DNA of 31,923 bases, taken from an uncultured Ruminiclostridium sp. (GTDB lineage Bacteria > Bacillota > Clostridia > DSM-8532). Shown here one piece after another: positions 1-11,837 of the stretch (its first letter is position 1; each line of letters starts with the position of its first letter). Below the pieces are notes generated by a model. That model saw only the letters and a program-made list of their open reading frames with translations. It searched no databases and was not told where the DNA came from. Position numbers and translations under genes: made by a program. The stretch spans positions 1 to 31,923 of the forward strand of contig CAYWXN010000001.1 in NCBI GenBank assembly GCA_964462075.1. The letters are read 5' to 3'.

Positions 1-71
1 TAACATATAGCTATTTCATTTTACTTTATTCTACCCCAACAATTGACGCAGAACCGGAAAAACATGCAAAA

Positions 72-112
72 CAGGGTATTATCCTTACTTAATACTAAGA
101 GATAATACCCTG
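72..112 (-). terminator. Probable intrinsic terminator downstream of ppdK
   Basis: Perfect 12-bp inverted repeat cagggtattatc (72-83) / gataataccctg (101-112), followed on the minus strand by ttttgcatgttttt, 32 nt past the ppdK stop. Confidence 0.7.
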
Positions 113-144
113 ATAAGCTTTTTTTGTTTATGATTTAAAACTCT

Positions 145-2775
145 TTATTTCCTTGGATTATTAACCTGAGCCTGTGCTGCTGCAAGACGAGCTATAGGCA
201 CACGGAACGGTGAACAGGAAACATAGTTCAAACCTGCTCTATGACAGAAATCAACCGATGAAGGCTCTCCGCCGTGCTCCCCACAGATACCAAGTTTTAT
301 ATTAGGACGAGTCTTTTTCCCTAATTGAACTGCCATTTCAACCAATTTACCAACACCTGTCTGGTCGAGCTTTGCGAATGGATCTGATTCATAGATTTTC
401 TTCGCATAGTAATCTTCAAGGAAGTTGCCGGCGTCGTCACGGGAGAATCCGAAGGTCATCTGGGTTAAGTCATTGGTTCCGAAAGAGAAGAATTCTGCTT
501 CGGTCGCAATATCGTCAGCTGTTAAAGCTGCCCTTGGAATCTCAATCATTGTTCCCACCATGTACTTAAGATCAACTCCGGCTTTTTTGATTATCTCATC
601 AGCAGTTTTTACCACAACATCTTTTACATACTTTAATTCCTTAACATCTCCGACAAGAGGAATCATAATTTCAGGTATAACGCTCATGCCTTCCTTATTT
701 ACATTGATAGCTGCCTCAATAACAGCTCTGGTTTGCATTTCTGCAATTTCAGGATAAGAAACTGCCAAACGACATCCACGATGGCCCATCATAGGGTTAA
801 ATTCATGAAGGCTTATAACAACTGCCTTTAAAGCATCAAAACTCATACCCATTTCTTGGGCTAAATTTGCTATATCATCATCCTCCTGAGGAAGGAACTC
901 ATGTAGCGGCGGATCCAAGTAACGAATGGTAACAGGGAAGCCCTTCATTTCGCGGAAGAGACCTTCAAAGTCCCCTCTCTGCATGGGAAGCAATTTGTCA
1001 AGTGCCTTTCTTCTCTGCTCTTCAGTGCGGGAAACAATCATTTCACGCATAGCTTTAATTCTTTCGCCTTCAAAGAACATGTGCTCGGTACGGCACAGAC
1101 CGATTCCCTCTGCACCGAATTTGAAAGCCTGAGCTGCATCTGCGGGGGAATCCGCATTTGTTCTTACCTTAAGCACCCGGAGCTCGTCTGCCCAGCTCAT
1201 AAATTTACCGAAATCACCGGTAAGCTCAGGAGCAACAGTAGGTAATTTGCCTGTATAAACATTACCTGTCGAACCGTCAAGAGAAATCCAGTCGCCTTCT
1301 TTATAAATGTTTCCTGCTTTATCTTTAAAGATTTTTTCAGCTTCATTTATTGTAAGCTCACCACAGCCTGCTACACAGCATCTGCCCATACCACGGGCTA
1401 CAACAGCAGCGTGGGAGGTCATACCACCGCGAGCAGTTAAGATACCCTGCGAAACGTGCATACCCTCGATATCTTCAGGTGATGTCTCAAGACGTACCAG
1501 AATAACCATTTTCTCGCCATTCTCAAATGCTTTGGCCGCATCCTCAGCTGTAAAGAATACCTTACCTGTAGCTGCTCCGGGAGAAGCGGGAAGCCCCTTT
1601 GCAATAGGCTTTGCAGCCTTTAAAGTTTTTGATTCAAAATTAGGATGGAGAAGTGAATCAAGCTGTTTCGGCTCAACCTTCAAAATTGCTTCTTCCTTTG
1701 TCAGCATACCTTCGCTAACTAAATCAACAGCAATTTTTAAAGCAGCTTGGGCTGTACGTTTACCATTTCTGGTCTGAAGCATGAATAATTTGCCGCGTTC
1801 AATAGTAAACTCCATATCCTGCATGTCACGATAGTGATTTTCAAGGGTATTAGCTATTTTGACAAACTGATCATATGCAGTAGGGTTAGTTTCTTTAAGC
1901 TGGTCAATGGTCTGGGGAGTACGAATACCCGCAACAACATCTTCCCCCTGAGCATTCATTAGGAATTCGCCATAGAGCTTCTTTTCGCCGGTTGATGGAT
2001 TTCTGGTAAATGCAACACCGGTTCCTGAATCTTCGCCCATATTACCATAAACCATTTCCTGTACGTTAACAGCTGTACCCCAATCACTTGGAATATCGTT
2101 CATACGACGATAGTAAATAGCTCTTGGATTATCCCATGAGCGGAAAACAGCTTCTACTGCTTCTATCAATTGAACTTTAGGATCCTGCGGGAATTCTGTA
2201 CCCTTTTCTTTTTTATATAGGTCTTTATATTGTTCAACGAGTTTCTTTAAATCGTCGGCTTCTAAGTCAGTATCCAGCTTAACACCCTTATTATTCTTCA
2301 TTGATTCCAATAGATGTTCAAACTTATTTTTTTCAATTCCCATAACAACATCGCTGAACATATGAATGAATCTTCTGTAGCTGTCATAAGCAAATCTCGG
2401 ATTATTTGTAAGTTTAGCAAGTCCTTCAACAACCACATCATTCAGGCCGAGGTTAAGAATTGTATCCATCATACCGGGCATTGATGCTCTCGCACCGGAA
2501 CGAACCGATACAAGTAATGGATTCTCAGGGTTTCCAAATTGCTTTTCAACTACCTGTTCCATTTTGGTCAAATACTGATAAATTTCATCCTCAATATCTT
2601 TTTTGATTGTCTTTCCGTCATCATAATATCTGGTACATGCCTCTGTTGTAACTGTAAAGCCTCTAGGTACAGGCAAACCAAGGCCTGTCATCTCAGCAAG
2701 GTTTGCACCCTTTCCGCCGAGTAAATTCCTCATCGAAGCATTTCCTTCGTTGAAGAAATAAACGTATTTAATCAT
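145..2775 (-). CDS. ppdK: Pyruvate, phosphate dikinase
   Basis: 876 aa; N-terminal LLGGKGANLAEM, phospho-His motif GGMTSHAAVVARG, GIGLCRTEHMFF, FSFGTNDLTQ, GICGEHGG; RBS GGAGG upstream. Confidence 0.98.
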   Translation of the reverse strand: MIKYVYFFNEGNASMRNLLGGKGANLAEMTGLGLPVPRGFTVTTEACTRYYDDGKTIKKDIEDEIYQYLTKMEQVVEKQFGNPENPLLVSVRSGARASMPGMMDTILNLGLNDVVVEGLAKLTNNPRFAYDSYRRFIHMFSDVVMGIEKNKFEHLLESMKNNKGVKLDTDLEADDLKKLVEQYKDLYKKEKGTEFPQDPKVQLIEAVEAVFRSWDNPRAIYYRRMNDIPSDWGTAVNVQEMVYGNMGEDSGTGVAFTRNPSTGEKKLYGEFLMNAQGEDVVAGIRTPQTIDQLKETNPTAYDQFVKIANTLENHYRDMQDMEFTIERGKLFMLQTRNGKRTAQAALKIAVDLVSEGMLTKEEAILKVEPKQLDSLLHPNFESKTLKAAKPIAKGLPASPGAATGKVFFTAEDAAKAFENGEKMVILVRLETSPEDIEGMHVSQGILTARGGMTSHAAVVARGMGRCCVAGCGELTINEAEKIFKDKAGNIYKEGDWISLDGSTGNVYTGKLPTVAPELTGDFGKFMSWADELRVLKVRTNADSPADAAQAFKFGAEGIGLCRTEHMFFEGERIKAMREMIVSRTEEQRRKALDKLLPMQRGDFEGLFREMKGFPVTIRYLDPPLHEFLPQEDDDIANLAQEMGMSFDALKAVVISLHEFNPMMGHRGCRLAVSYPEIAEMQTRAVIEAAINVNKEGMSVIPEIMIPLVGDVKELKYVKDVVVKTADEIIKKAGVDLKYMVGTMIEIPRAALTADDIATEAEFFSFGTNDLTQMTFGFSRDDAGNFLEDYYAKKIYESDPFAKLDQTGVGKLVEMAVQLGKKTRPNIKLGICGEHGGEPSSVDFCHRAGLNYVSCSPFRVPIARLAAAQAQVNNPRK

Positions 2776-2825
2776 TCATACTACCTCCTGATTATATAAT
2801 AGAAGCAATTCATGCTTTCTTGTCA

Positions 2826-4214
2826 CTAGAATGACATCTTGTCCATCAAATATCCATTTAATTCTTTAATTGGTATTCTCACCTGTTGCATTGTATCACG
2901 TTCGCGAATGGTAATGCAATCATCTTCTAAAGAATCAAAATCAAAAGTAATACAGAATGGTGTACCTATTTCATCCTGCCTTCTATATCGCTTACCGATT
3001 GAACCGGCTTCATCGAACTCACAAACATAATCCTTACTGAGGGCTTCATATATTTTTAAAGCATCATCAGACAGTTTCTTCGAAAGAGGTAGTACTGCAA
3101 CCTTCACAGGTGCAAGAGCAGGATGCAATCTTAATACTGTTCTCACATCACCTTCTGCGACTTCTTCTTCATCATAGGCATCACAGAGGAATGCCAATGC
3201 CACACGATCGGCTCCTAACGACGGCTCTACACAATATGGAACGTATTTTTCATTTTTTACAGGATCAAAGTACGATAAATCCTCTTTTGCATGCTCTATG
3301 TGCTGCTTCAAGTCAAAATCTGTGCGATCAGCAATGCCCCAAAGCTCACCCCATCCAAAAGGAAATTTAAACTCAATATCAGTGGTTGCTTTGCTATAAT
3401 GAGACAGTTCTTCCTTGGCATGATCACGCATCTTAATATTTTCTTCTTTCATACCAAGACTAATCAGCCAATTTTTGCAGAAATCTTTCCAATAGTAAAA
3501 CCAATCCAAATCGGTCCCGGGTTCGCAGAAAAACTCAAGTTCCATTTGCTCAAACTCTCTTGTCCTGAATATAAAATTACCCGGTGTGATTTCGTTTCTG
3601 AATGATTTACCGATTTGCCCTATACCAAAGGGTATTTTTTTGCGGGTGCTTCTTTGAACATTCTTAAAATTGACAAATATACCCTGAGCAGTTTCCGGAC
3701 GTAAGTATATTTCATTTTTGGAATCTTCGGTAACACCCTGGAAGGTTTTGAACATAAGATTAAATTTTCTTATATCAGTAAAGTCATGTGCACCACAATT
3801 AGGGCACGGAATATTCTTTTCTTTCATATAGGCTGTCATAACATCATTTGGCAGACCATCTACAGCCATTTCAATTTTATTTTCAGTGTTATAATCTTCA
3901 ATAATTTTATCGGCTCTGTGTCTTGTTTTGCACTGTTTGCAATCAATAAGAGGATCTGAAAATCCTCCTACATGACCGGAAGCAACCCAAACCTGCGGAT
4001 TCATCAGTATAGCACAATCTACACCCACATTATAGGGATTTTCCTGAATGAATTTTTTCCACCAAGCCTTTTTGACATTATTTTTAAACTCAACACCTAA
4101 CGGCCCGTAGTCCCATGTGTTGGCAAGTCCATCATAAATTTCCGATCCTTGAAAAATAAAGCCACGGTTTTTGCACAGCGCTACCACTTTGTCCATGGTT
4201 TTTTCGAACTGCAT
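2826..4214 (-). CDS. glyQS: Glycine--tRNA ligase, homodimeric (alpha2) type
   Basis: 462 aa; [49 protein letters not shown] and C-terminal anticodon-binding domain [19 protein letters not shown]. Confidence 0.97.
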   Translation of the reverse strand: MQFEKTMDKVVALCKNRGFIFQGSEIYDGLANTWDYGPLGVEFKNNVKKAWWKKFIQENPYNVGVDCAILMNPQVWVASGHVGGFSDPLIDCKQCKTRHRADKIIEDYNTENKIEMAVDGLPNDVMTAYMKEKNIPCPNCGAHDFTDIRKFNLMFKTFQGVTEDSKNEIYLRPETAQGIFVNFKNVQRSTRKKIPFGIGQIGKSFRNEITPGNFIFRTREFEQMELEFFCEPGTDLDWFYYWKDFCKNWLISLGMKEENIKMRDHAKEELSHYSKATTDIEFKFPFGWGELWGIADRTDFDLKQHIEHAKEDLSYFDPVKNEKYVPYCVEPSLGADRVALAFLCDAYDEEEVAEGDVRTVLRLHPALAPVKVAVLPLSKKLSDDALKIYEALSKDYVCEFDEAGSIGKRYRRQDEIGTPFCITFDFDSLEDDCITIRERDTMQQVRIPIKELNGYLMDKMSF

Positions 4215-4250
4215 CTGGTATTCCTCCTAAATATCTCAATATTAAAGTAG

Positions 4251-4508
4251 TTAAACTTGATCCTCATTACTATTAAGTGATGTCTCAATCATATTATCAT
4301 GTGTCAGTTGAGGTTTTTTGATTTTATGATAGGAAATAGATCCTTCATCAATCTCATGTATGGCAATGGTCACATCCTTATCCGAATTAAACCCTGTAAG
4401 CTTTTGTGCTCCATTAGTCAACATACGGGCGCGTTTGGCTGCCAAAATCACTAACGTATATCGGCTTTCGACCTTCTTCAGTAAAGAAGACATCGGGGGA
4501 TAAATCAT
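4251..4508 (-). CDS. rpoZ: RNA polymerase omega subunit
   Basis: MIYPPMSSLL..SRYTLVILAAKRARML; directly downstream of gmk as is usual in Firmicutes. Confidence 0.93.
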   Translation of the reverse strand: MIYPPMSSLLKKVESRYTLVILAAKRARMLTNGAQKLTGFNSDKDVTIAIHEIDEGSISYHKIKKPQLTHDNMIETSLNSNEDQV

Positions 4509-4523
4509 AACATTCCAACTCCT

Positions 4524-5129
4524 CTAAATATTTTTATATTTCTTTATCAATAATTGATTTCTATTTGTTCGCATTTGCTCAGCCTGCACTATGTTAAAGA
4601 TTCTTTGTGCTGCATTTTCAATGCTGTCATTCAAAATCAAATAATCATAATTTTCAATATATTTAAATTCATCTTTTGCACGTCCAAGCCTTTTAATTAT
4701 TGATTCCTCAGTATCTGTTCCTCTTCCTCTGAGTCTCTTCTCTAGCTCATTGAAATCCGGCGGAATAATAAAACAGAGTACACAATCAGGAAAAAGGCGT
4801 TTTACGTTAAGTGCTCCATCAACTTCGATTTCCAGTATGACTATCTTTCCTTTTTCAATCTCACTGCAAACGAGGTCTCTGGGGGTTCCGTAGTAATTCC
4901 CGCAGTACTCCACCCATTCTATTAATTCATCATTTTTTATCATTTCCTCGAATTGTTCTCTGGTTTTAAAGTAGTAGTTTATGCCTTCAATCTCGTTGGC
5001 TCTTGGAATCCGTGATGTAGCTGAAATTGACAAAACAAATCTGGGATCATTCTCCATCATGCTTCGTACTATAGTTCCCTTACCCACACCGGCCGGCCCT
5101 GATACTACAATAAGTAAACCCGGAATCAT
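4524..5129 (-). CDS. gmk: Guanylate kinase
   Basis: P-loop [40 protein letters not shown]. Confidence 0.97.
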   Translation of the reverse strand: MIPGLLIVVSGPAGVGKGTIVRSMMENDPRFVLSISATSRIPRANEIEGINYYFKTREQFEEMIKNDELIEWVEYCGNYYGTPRDLVCSEIEKGKIVILEIEVDGALNVKRLFPDCVLCFIIPPDFNELEKRLRGRGTDTEESIIKRLGRAKDEFKYIENYDYLILNDSIENAAQRIFNIVQAEQMRTNRNQLLIKKYKNI

Positions 5130-5422
5130 ATATCTGCCTCCCGTTCGGGTTTAATTTTTTTCAAAGCCTCACCAGCAGTATCTTCTTCCAAGTCTTGTAT
5201 CCTGTTGGCAACTGTTTCGGGCTGAAGAGAAGAAAGAATAACATGATCGCTATCTGTAATGATAACGGCTCGTGTCCTTCTGCCATAGGTGGCATCTATT
5301 AAAACTCCCCGTTCTCTTCCTTCTTGAATAATCCGCTTTATAGGCGCTGATTCAGGGCTAACAATAGCAACTATTTTATTTGCGGAAACCATATTCCCAA
5401 ACCCAATGTTTATTAGCTTCAT
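5126..5422 (-). CDS. remA: RemA / DUF370 family regulator
   Basis: [54 protein letters not shown]; conserved yicC-remA-gmk-rpoZ order. Confidence 0.93.
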   Translation of the reverse strand: MKLINIGFGNMVSANKIVAIVSPESAPIKRIIQEGRERGVLIDATYGRRTRAVIITDSDHVILSSLQPETVANRIQDLEEDTAGEALKKIKPEREADI

Positions 5423-5442
5423 AAGCGCCTCCTCCTCAAGAA

Positions 5443-6318
5443 TTATTCAATATTCTGTATTTGCTCACGTAACTTTTCAATTTCACTTTTCAACTCAACA
5501 ACGTTTCGTGTAATATCAATATCGCTTGCTTTTGATCCAATTGTATTAACTTCCCTGTTCATTTCCTGAATCAAAAAATCTGCTTTTTTACCAACCGGGC
5601 TGCCGGCATCAAGCATGTCTCGCATTTGCATAATATGACTTCTTAATCTGACAAGCTCTTCATCTATACTGCACTTATCGGCAAACATGGCAACTTCGGT
5701 AGCGATTCGCCCCGGATCAACCTTCTGTAGATCAATTAGCTCCGATAGTCTTGCCTCAAGTTTTTCTTTATACTCTTTTACGACAAATGGCGCTTTTTCG
5801 CAAATTTTTCCGATATATGTTTCAATTACCGAAAGGTTTAATAAAAGGCTCTCCTTGAGCTTTTCCCCTTCCCGAGTTCTCATCTGCAGAAGCTCATCAA
5901 GGGCTAAGCTAAAAGCCTTTTCTAAAATCTTACCGACTTCCTCGTTATTGTCCTGTTTCTCAACCTTCAAAATATCAGGAAAGCGGGCTAAGGATGTAGC
6001 TGATATATCGTCTCTAAGGCCAAGATTGACTGAAATTTTTCTCATTGAGTCACAGTATGCTTTTGCAAGTCCTTCATCAATCATTACCTCTTGAAAATCA
6101 GAGGATTTATTATTATAGGTTATGTAGATATCAATCTTTCCCCTTTGAATTTTCGCTGAGGCAAGAGAGCGAATCAGTTCTTCGAAGGCTGAAATCTGTT
6201 TCGGCATTCTAAGAAAGATGTCACTGTATCGATGATTTACTGTTTTAATCTCAATTGTAAAAGTAATATCTTGTTCTGTATATTCGCAATGGCCAAAGCC
6301 GGTCATACTTCTCAGCAT
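5443..6318 (-). CDS. yicC: YicC/YloC family endoribonuclease
   Basis: [51 protein letters not shown]. Confidence 0.95.
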   Translation of the reverse strand: MLRSMTGFGHCEYTEQDITFTIEIKTVNHRYSDIFLRMPKQISAFEELIRSLASAKIQRGKIDIYITYNNKSSDFQEVMIDEGLAKAYCDSMRKISVNLGLRDDISATSLARFPDILKVEKQDNNEEVGKILEKAFSLALDELLQMRTREGEKLKESLLLNLSVIETYIGKICEKAPFVVKEYKEKLEARLSELIDLQKVDPGRIATEVAMFADKCSIDEELVRLRSHIMQMRDMLDAGSPVGKKADFLIQEMNREVNTIGSKASDIDITRNVVELKSEIEKLREQIQNIE

Positions 6319-6363
6319 TAATTAAATACTCCTTATAACTGTCAGTATAATTCAATATAATTT

Positions 6364-6741
6364 CTACTTATCCATAGCAAGAACATTCTTTATTGATTGG
6401 TAAACTCTTGACTTATCAAAGGGTTTTACGACAAAATCCTTGGCACCCTGTTTAATGGCTTCAATAACCATTGATTGTTGCCCCATTGCCGAAACCATTA
6501 TAATACGCGTCTTCGGGCTAACGTTCAGGACTTCCTTAACAGCCTGTATGCCATCCATCTCGGGCATGGTTATATCTAAAGTCAAAATATCCGGTTGATA
6601 TTTCTTCGCAGCATCAATAGCTTCATGACCATTAGATGCTTCTCCTACAACTTCATAATCGTCGGATTGCTCAATGATTTTTCTTAATAAGGTTCGCATG
6701 AATATTGCATCATCAGTAATAACAAAAGTAATCTTACTCAT
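6364..6741 (-). CDS. cheY: Single-domain response regulator, CheY-like
   Basis: 125 aa receiver only: DD(10-11)AIFMR, D56-ITMPEMDG, MVSAMGQQ, FVVKPF, matching Firmicute CheY; start overlaps the rsmE stop by 4 nt. Confidence 0.85.
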   Translation of the reverse strand: MSKITFVITDDAIFMRTLLRKIIEQSDDYEVVGEASNGHEAIDAAKKYQPDILTLDITMPEMDGIQAVKEVLNVSPKTRIIMVSAMGQQSMVIEAIKQGAKDFVVKPFDKSRVYQSIKNVLAMDK

Positions 6742-7487
6742 AAATTTATTTCACCCATCTCATACATTATAATTGAAAGGACAGAAATAGTCGCTGTTTC
6801 TACCCTTAATATTCGCTTTCCTAAGCTCACAATATCACAACCTATATTTGCACATTCTTCCACTTCTTGATGTATGAAACCGCCTTCAGGTCCTACAAAT
6901 AACGCGATATCCCTAATCTTATTAATATTATAACATTTCAATGTTTCTTTCAAACATTTTTTTCCCTCGTTTTCATATAACATTAAAGCCGCACTAAAAG
7001 GTTTAGTTTTTATCAAAGCATCTTTAAAAGTGATAGGCTCGGTGACCTCAGGCACATAAGCTCTGCGACATTGTTTGGCTGCTTCCTTTGATATTCTTGA
7101 CCAGCGTTCTGTTTTTTTTTCGCTGTCTATTTTATTAAGCTTAACAACAGTTCTGTTTGTTATAACAGGAATAATCCTATGGACCCCCAACTCGACTCCC
7201 TTTTGTATGATAAGGTCCATTTTTTCACCCTTAGGCAATCCCTGAAACAATGTAACACGAGTTTCCGGTTCTGTTTCGGTTTGAAATACAGCCTTTATTT
7301 CGGCAATCGCACTGGATTTTTCCAACGCGAGAATATTTGCTTCGTATTCGACACCGCTCCCATCAAATACAAGTATTGTATCTCCGGGTTTGAGCCTCAG
7401 AACTTGCCGTAAATGTTTTAAATCAACCCCCTCCAGAGTTATTTTGTTGTTTTGAATATTATTGGGAGAGACCATAAATCTATGCAC
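6738..7487 (-). CDS. rsmE: 16S rRNA m3U1498 methyltransferase
   Basis: HLRQVLRL, QGLPKGEKMDLIIQKGVELG, EAAKQCRR, FVGPEGGF, SLGKRILRVETA. Confidence 0.96.
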   Translation of the reverse strand: MHRFMVSPNNIQNNKITLEGVDLKHLRQVLRLKPGDTILVFDGSGVEYEANILALEKSSAIAEIKAVFQTETEPETRVTLFQGLPKGEKMDLIIQKGVELGVHRIIPVITNRTVVKLNKIDSEKKTERWSRISKEAAKQCRRAYVPEVTEPITFKDALIKTKPFSAALMLYENEGKKCLKETLKCYNINKIRDIALFVGPEGGFIHQEVEECANIGCDIVSLGKRILRVETATISVLSIIMYEMGEINL

Positions 7488-8412
7488 GAAAAACCATCGC
7501 CTCCCACTCTCCCATATTCAATTCCTCTAAAAGAATAAAACCTACGTCTGAATAATTTCTTTTTACTTCGGCTTTTCGTTCCTTAATAATTCCCGAAAGT
7601 ATAATATTTGTTCCGCTTTTTACATATTTCTTTATTTCTTTAGATATATCAATAATAACATCTGCAATAATGTTTATAAATATCAAATCAAAAGATTCCT
7701 CAGGAACATCATTCAATGCGCCCCGCATCACCCGAATTTTATTTGTTTCTCCATTATTATCGATATTCTGACGAGCAGTCCTAACGGCTGCATCATCGAT
7801 ATCCACAGCTAATGCTGTTGATGCACCGAGTTTTACGGCCAAGAGCCCTAATATAGCTGTTCCGCAGCCCAAATCAAGCACTCTGTCGTTGCCTCTTAAA
7901 TATTTCTCACCCAGAACAGCGCACATCTTTGTTGTTTCATGTGTCCCTGTACCAAAGGCCATACCCGGATCCATCTCAATAACTATTTCATCTTCTTGAG
8001 GACTGTATTCCTCCCAGCTTGGCTTAATCACTATTTTTTCGGTAAACTTGAAAGGCTTAAAGTACTGTTTCCACGCATCTTTCCATTCGGCATCATCGCG
8101 GAGGGCATACTTAATCGCTCCGGAACCGACATTAATTAGATTGGAAATGCTGTCAATAGTAAGCTTAAGTTCATCAGATATGATTATGGGGCTGAGCTCA
8201 TCTGAAAAGTAGGCTTTAACTATAACATCGGTCCCGTATTTTTCTATTAGCCCATCATCGGCATAATCAAGATATTTGTTATTTTCAAGGGCTTGACGAA
8301 ATGCCACCGGGTCAACCATTTCAGTTCCGTTTGCCCCCATGTTCATAAGCTTCTCGGCTATTGCCTCTGATGCTTCCAGTGTCGTTATGACTGAGACTTC
8401 AATCCATCTCAT
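7480..8412 (-). CDS. prmA: Ribosomal protein L11 methyltransferase (start re-set to MRWIEV, 310 aa)
   Basis: DPGMAFGTGTHETT, VLDLGCGTAILG, NIIADVI, SGII. The ORF-track start at 8559 lies inside dnaJ; ATG at 8412 follows AGCAGG just past the dnaJ stop. Confidence 0.95.
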   Translation of the reverse strand: MRWIEVSVITTLEASEAIAEKLMNMGANGTEMVDPVAFRQALENNKYLDYADDGLIEKYGTDVIVKAYFSDELSPIIISDELKLTIDSISNLINVGSGAIKYALRDDAEWKDAWKQYFKPFKFTEKIVIKPSWEEYSPQEDEIVIEMDPGMAFGTGTHETTKMCAVLGEKYLRGNDRVLDLGCGTAILGLLAVKLGASTALAVDIDDAAVRTARQNIDNNGETNKIRVMRGALNDVPEESFDLIFINIIADVIIDISKEIKKYVKSGTNIILSGIIKERKAEVKRNYSDVGFILLEELNMGEWEAMVFRA

Positions 8413-8425
8413 AGGGTACCTGCTT

Positions 8426-9562
8426 TCAATCCTTAAATTTATCTCTAACTTTTTCGAAAAATCCCTTTTTCTGTTCGAGCCCTTCATCACCACTGATTTC
8501 AGCAAATTGGCGCAATAGTTCTTTTTGCTTATTGGATAGCTTTGCGGGAACTTCCACATTCACACGAATATATTGATCTCCTCTGGAATTACTTCTCAGG
8601 CGCTTTATTCCCTTACCTTTTAACTTGAAAACAGTAGACGTCTGAGTTCCGTCAGGTATATTGTACTTTATAATACCGTCGATAGTGGGAATATCTATTT
8701 CAGCTCCTAAAGCTGCTTGCGTAAATGATATAGGTACATCACAAACAACGTCATAGCCTTCTCGTTTGAATATTTCATGGGGTTTGATATGTATTATCAC
8801 ATACAAATCGCCTGACTGACCGCCTCTTAGGCCTGACTCACCTTCACCCTTAAGTGATATGGTCTGACCACCATCAATACCGGCAGGAATATTTAGACTT
8901 ATTCGTGAATTCTTTGTTACTCTTGCTTTCCCATGACATGTTTCACAAGGCTGACTAATAATCTTTCCCTCACCATGGCAAGTATCGCAAGTTTTTACAT
9001 TAACAAACTGACCAAAGGGTGTTGCCTGAGTATAACGCACTTGCCCTGTTCCTTGGCACTGCTTGCAGTTTTCTGCTGAGGTTCCCGGTTTTGCACCGGT
9101 TCCGCTGCATGTGGCACAGGTCTGCATTTTGGTCACTAGTATCTCCTTAGTCACACCAAATGCGGCTTCCTCAAAAGTAATCTCCACTGAATACTGAATA
9201 TCCTTACCCCGGATAGGTCCGTTACGTCCGCTTTTTCTGCTTCTCCCGAAGCCTCCGCCCATAAAAGTGTCAAAAAGATCATCCAACCCGCCGAAGCCAA
9301 AACCGTCGAATCCGCTGAAACCGCCGCCCGTACCATCAAAGGCAGAATGCCCGAAACGGTCATAGCTGGAACGTTTTTGTTCATCACTTAATACACTGTA
9401 GGCTTCATTGATTTCTTTAAACTTTGCTTCAGCATCCTTATCTCCGGGATTTATATCCGGATGATACTGTTTAGCCAGTTTCCTATAAGCCTTCTTTATA
9501 TCTTCAGAGGATGCCTGCTTTGATATTCCAAGCACCTCATAATAATCTCTCTTATCAGCCAA
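8426..9562 (-). CDS. dnaJ: Chaperone DnaJ (TTG start, 378 aa)
   Basis: J-domain [14 protein letters not shown]-rich region, four CxxCxGxG-type repeats; GGAGGG RBS precedes TTG at 9562. Confidence 0.97.
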   Translation of the reverse strand: MADKRDYYEVLGISKQASSEDIKKAYRKLAKQYHPDINPGDKDAEAKFKEINEAYSVLSDEQKRSSYDRFGHSAFDGTGGGFSGFDGFGFGGLDDLFDTFMGGGFGRSRKSGRNGPIRGKDIQYSVEITFEEAAFGVTKEILVTKMQTCATCSGTGAKPGTSAENCKQCQGTGQVRYTQATPFGQFVNVKTCDTCHGEGKIISQPCETCHGKARVTKNSRISLNIPAGIDGGQTISLKGEGESGLRGGQSGDLYVIIHIKPHEIFKREGYDVVCDVPISFTQAALGAEIDIPTIDGIIKYNIPDGTQTSTVFKLKGKGIKRLRSNSRGDQYIRVNVEVPAKLSNKQKELLRQFAEISGDEGLEQKKGFFEKVRDKFKD

Positions 9563-9634
9563 GTATAACCCTCCAAAATAGCATTTGATATGCAAACGCG
9601 AAACGGTAAATGTCATTCATACGTAGTTTCAATG

Positions 9635-9800
9635 CCTCGTCACTCGTTCGAAATCCGCAGTAGCTTGCTGCCAATCAGACTTCGCTTTCGCTCTTCTTCT
9701 TGGACAAGCCTTGCATGGGTGCTACTACTGTTTCCTTTCGTCGCTTCGCTCCTTGTAAACAGTGTAGCGACCTGCATCAGATTTCGGTAACGGGTGAGGT
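9635..9800 (-). ncRNA. Putative structured RNA with a closing stem and two long arms in the dnaK-dnaJ spacer; resembles, from memory, the Clostridiales-1-type repeat RNA
   Basis: Terminal stem CACCCGUU-ac-CGAAAUCUG / CGGAUUUCG-AACGAGUG; arm 1 9712-9776; arm 2 9663-9709; both arms capped by GAGCGAA(A)GCGA. Family assignment not verified. Confidence 0.6.
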
Positions 9801-9801
9801 C

Positions 9802-9812
9802 ATTATACCACA
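9802..9812 (-). promoter_or_regulatory. Extended -10 sigma-A-type promoter upstream of the structured RNA and dnaJ
   Basis: TGTG-G-TATAAT on the minus strand (TRTGnTATAAT consensus); no good -35 at 17 bp; the predicted start site coincides with the 5' end of the stem. Confidence 0.6.
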
Positions 9813-9890
9813 TATACCAGACAAATACCGTTCCGAATTAATATTAGCATAAGATTTTTTAAAATTATGGATTTAACCAACGCATTTTAT

Positions 9891-11831
<1,941 letters not shown>

Positions 11832-11837
11832 TTATTG

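Noticed and set aside
1-60. Start of a downstream gene at the left edge
   Set aside because: Candidate ATGs give an immediate stop or run off the window after two codons; not supportable.
9590-9790. 66-aa + strand ORF in the dnaK-dnaJ spacer
   Set aside because: No clear RBS or recognisable motif; it is antisense to the structured element, which explains the sequence better.
9635-9800. 6S RNA, SRP RNA or T-box identity for the dnaK-dnaJ element
   Set aside because: It is a branched two-arm fold rather than a rod with a central bubble, and has no SRP domain IV or T-box/antiterminator consensus that I can see.
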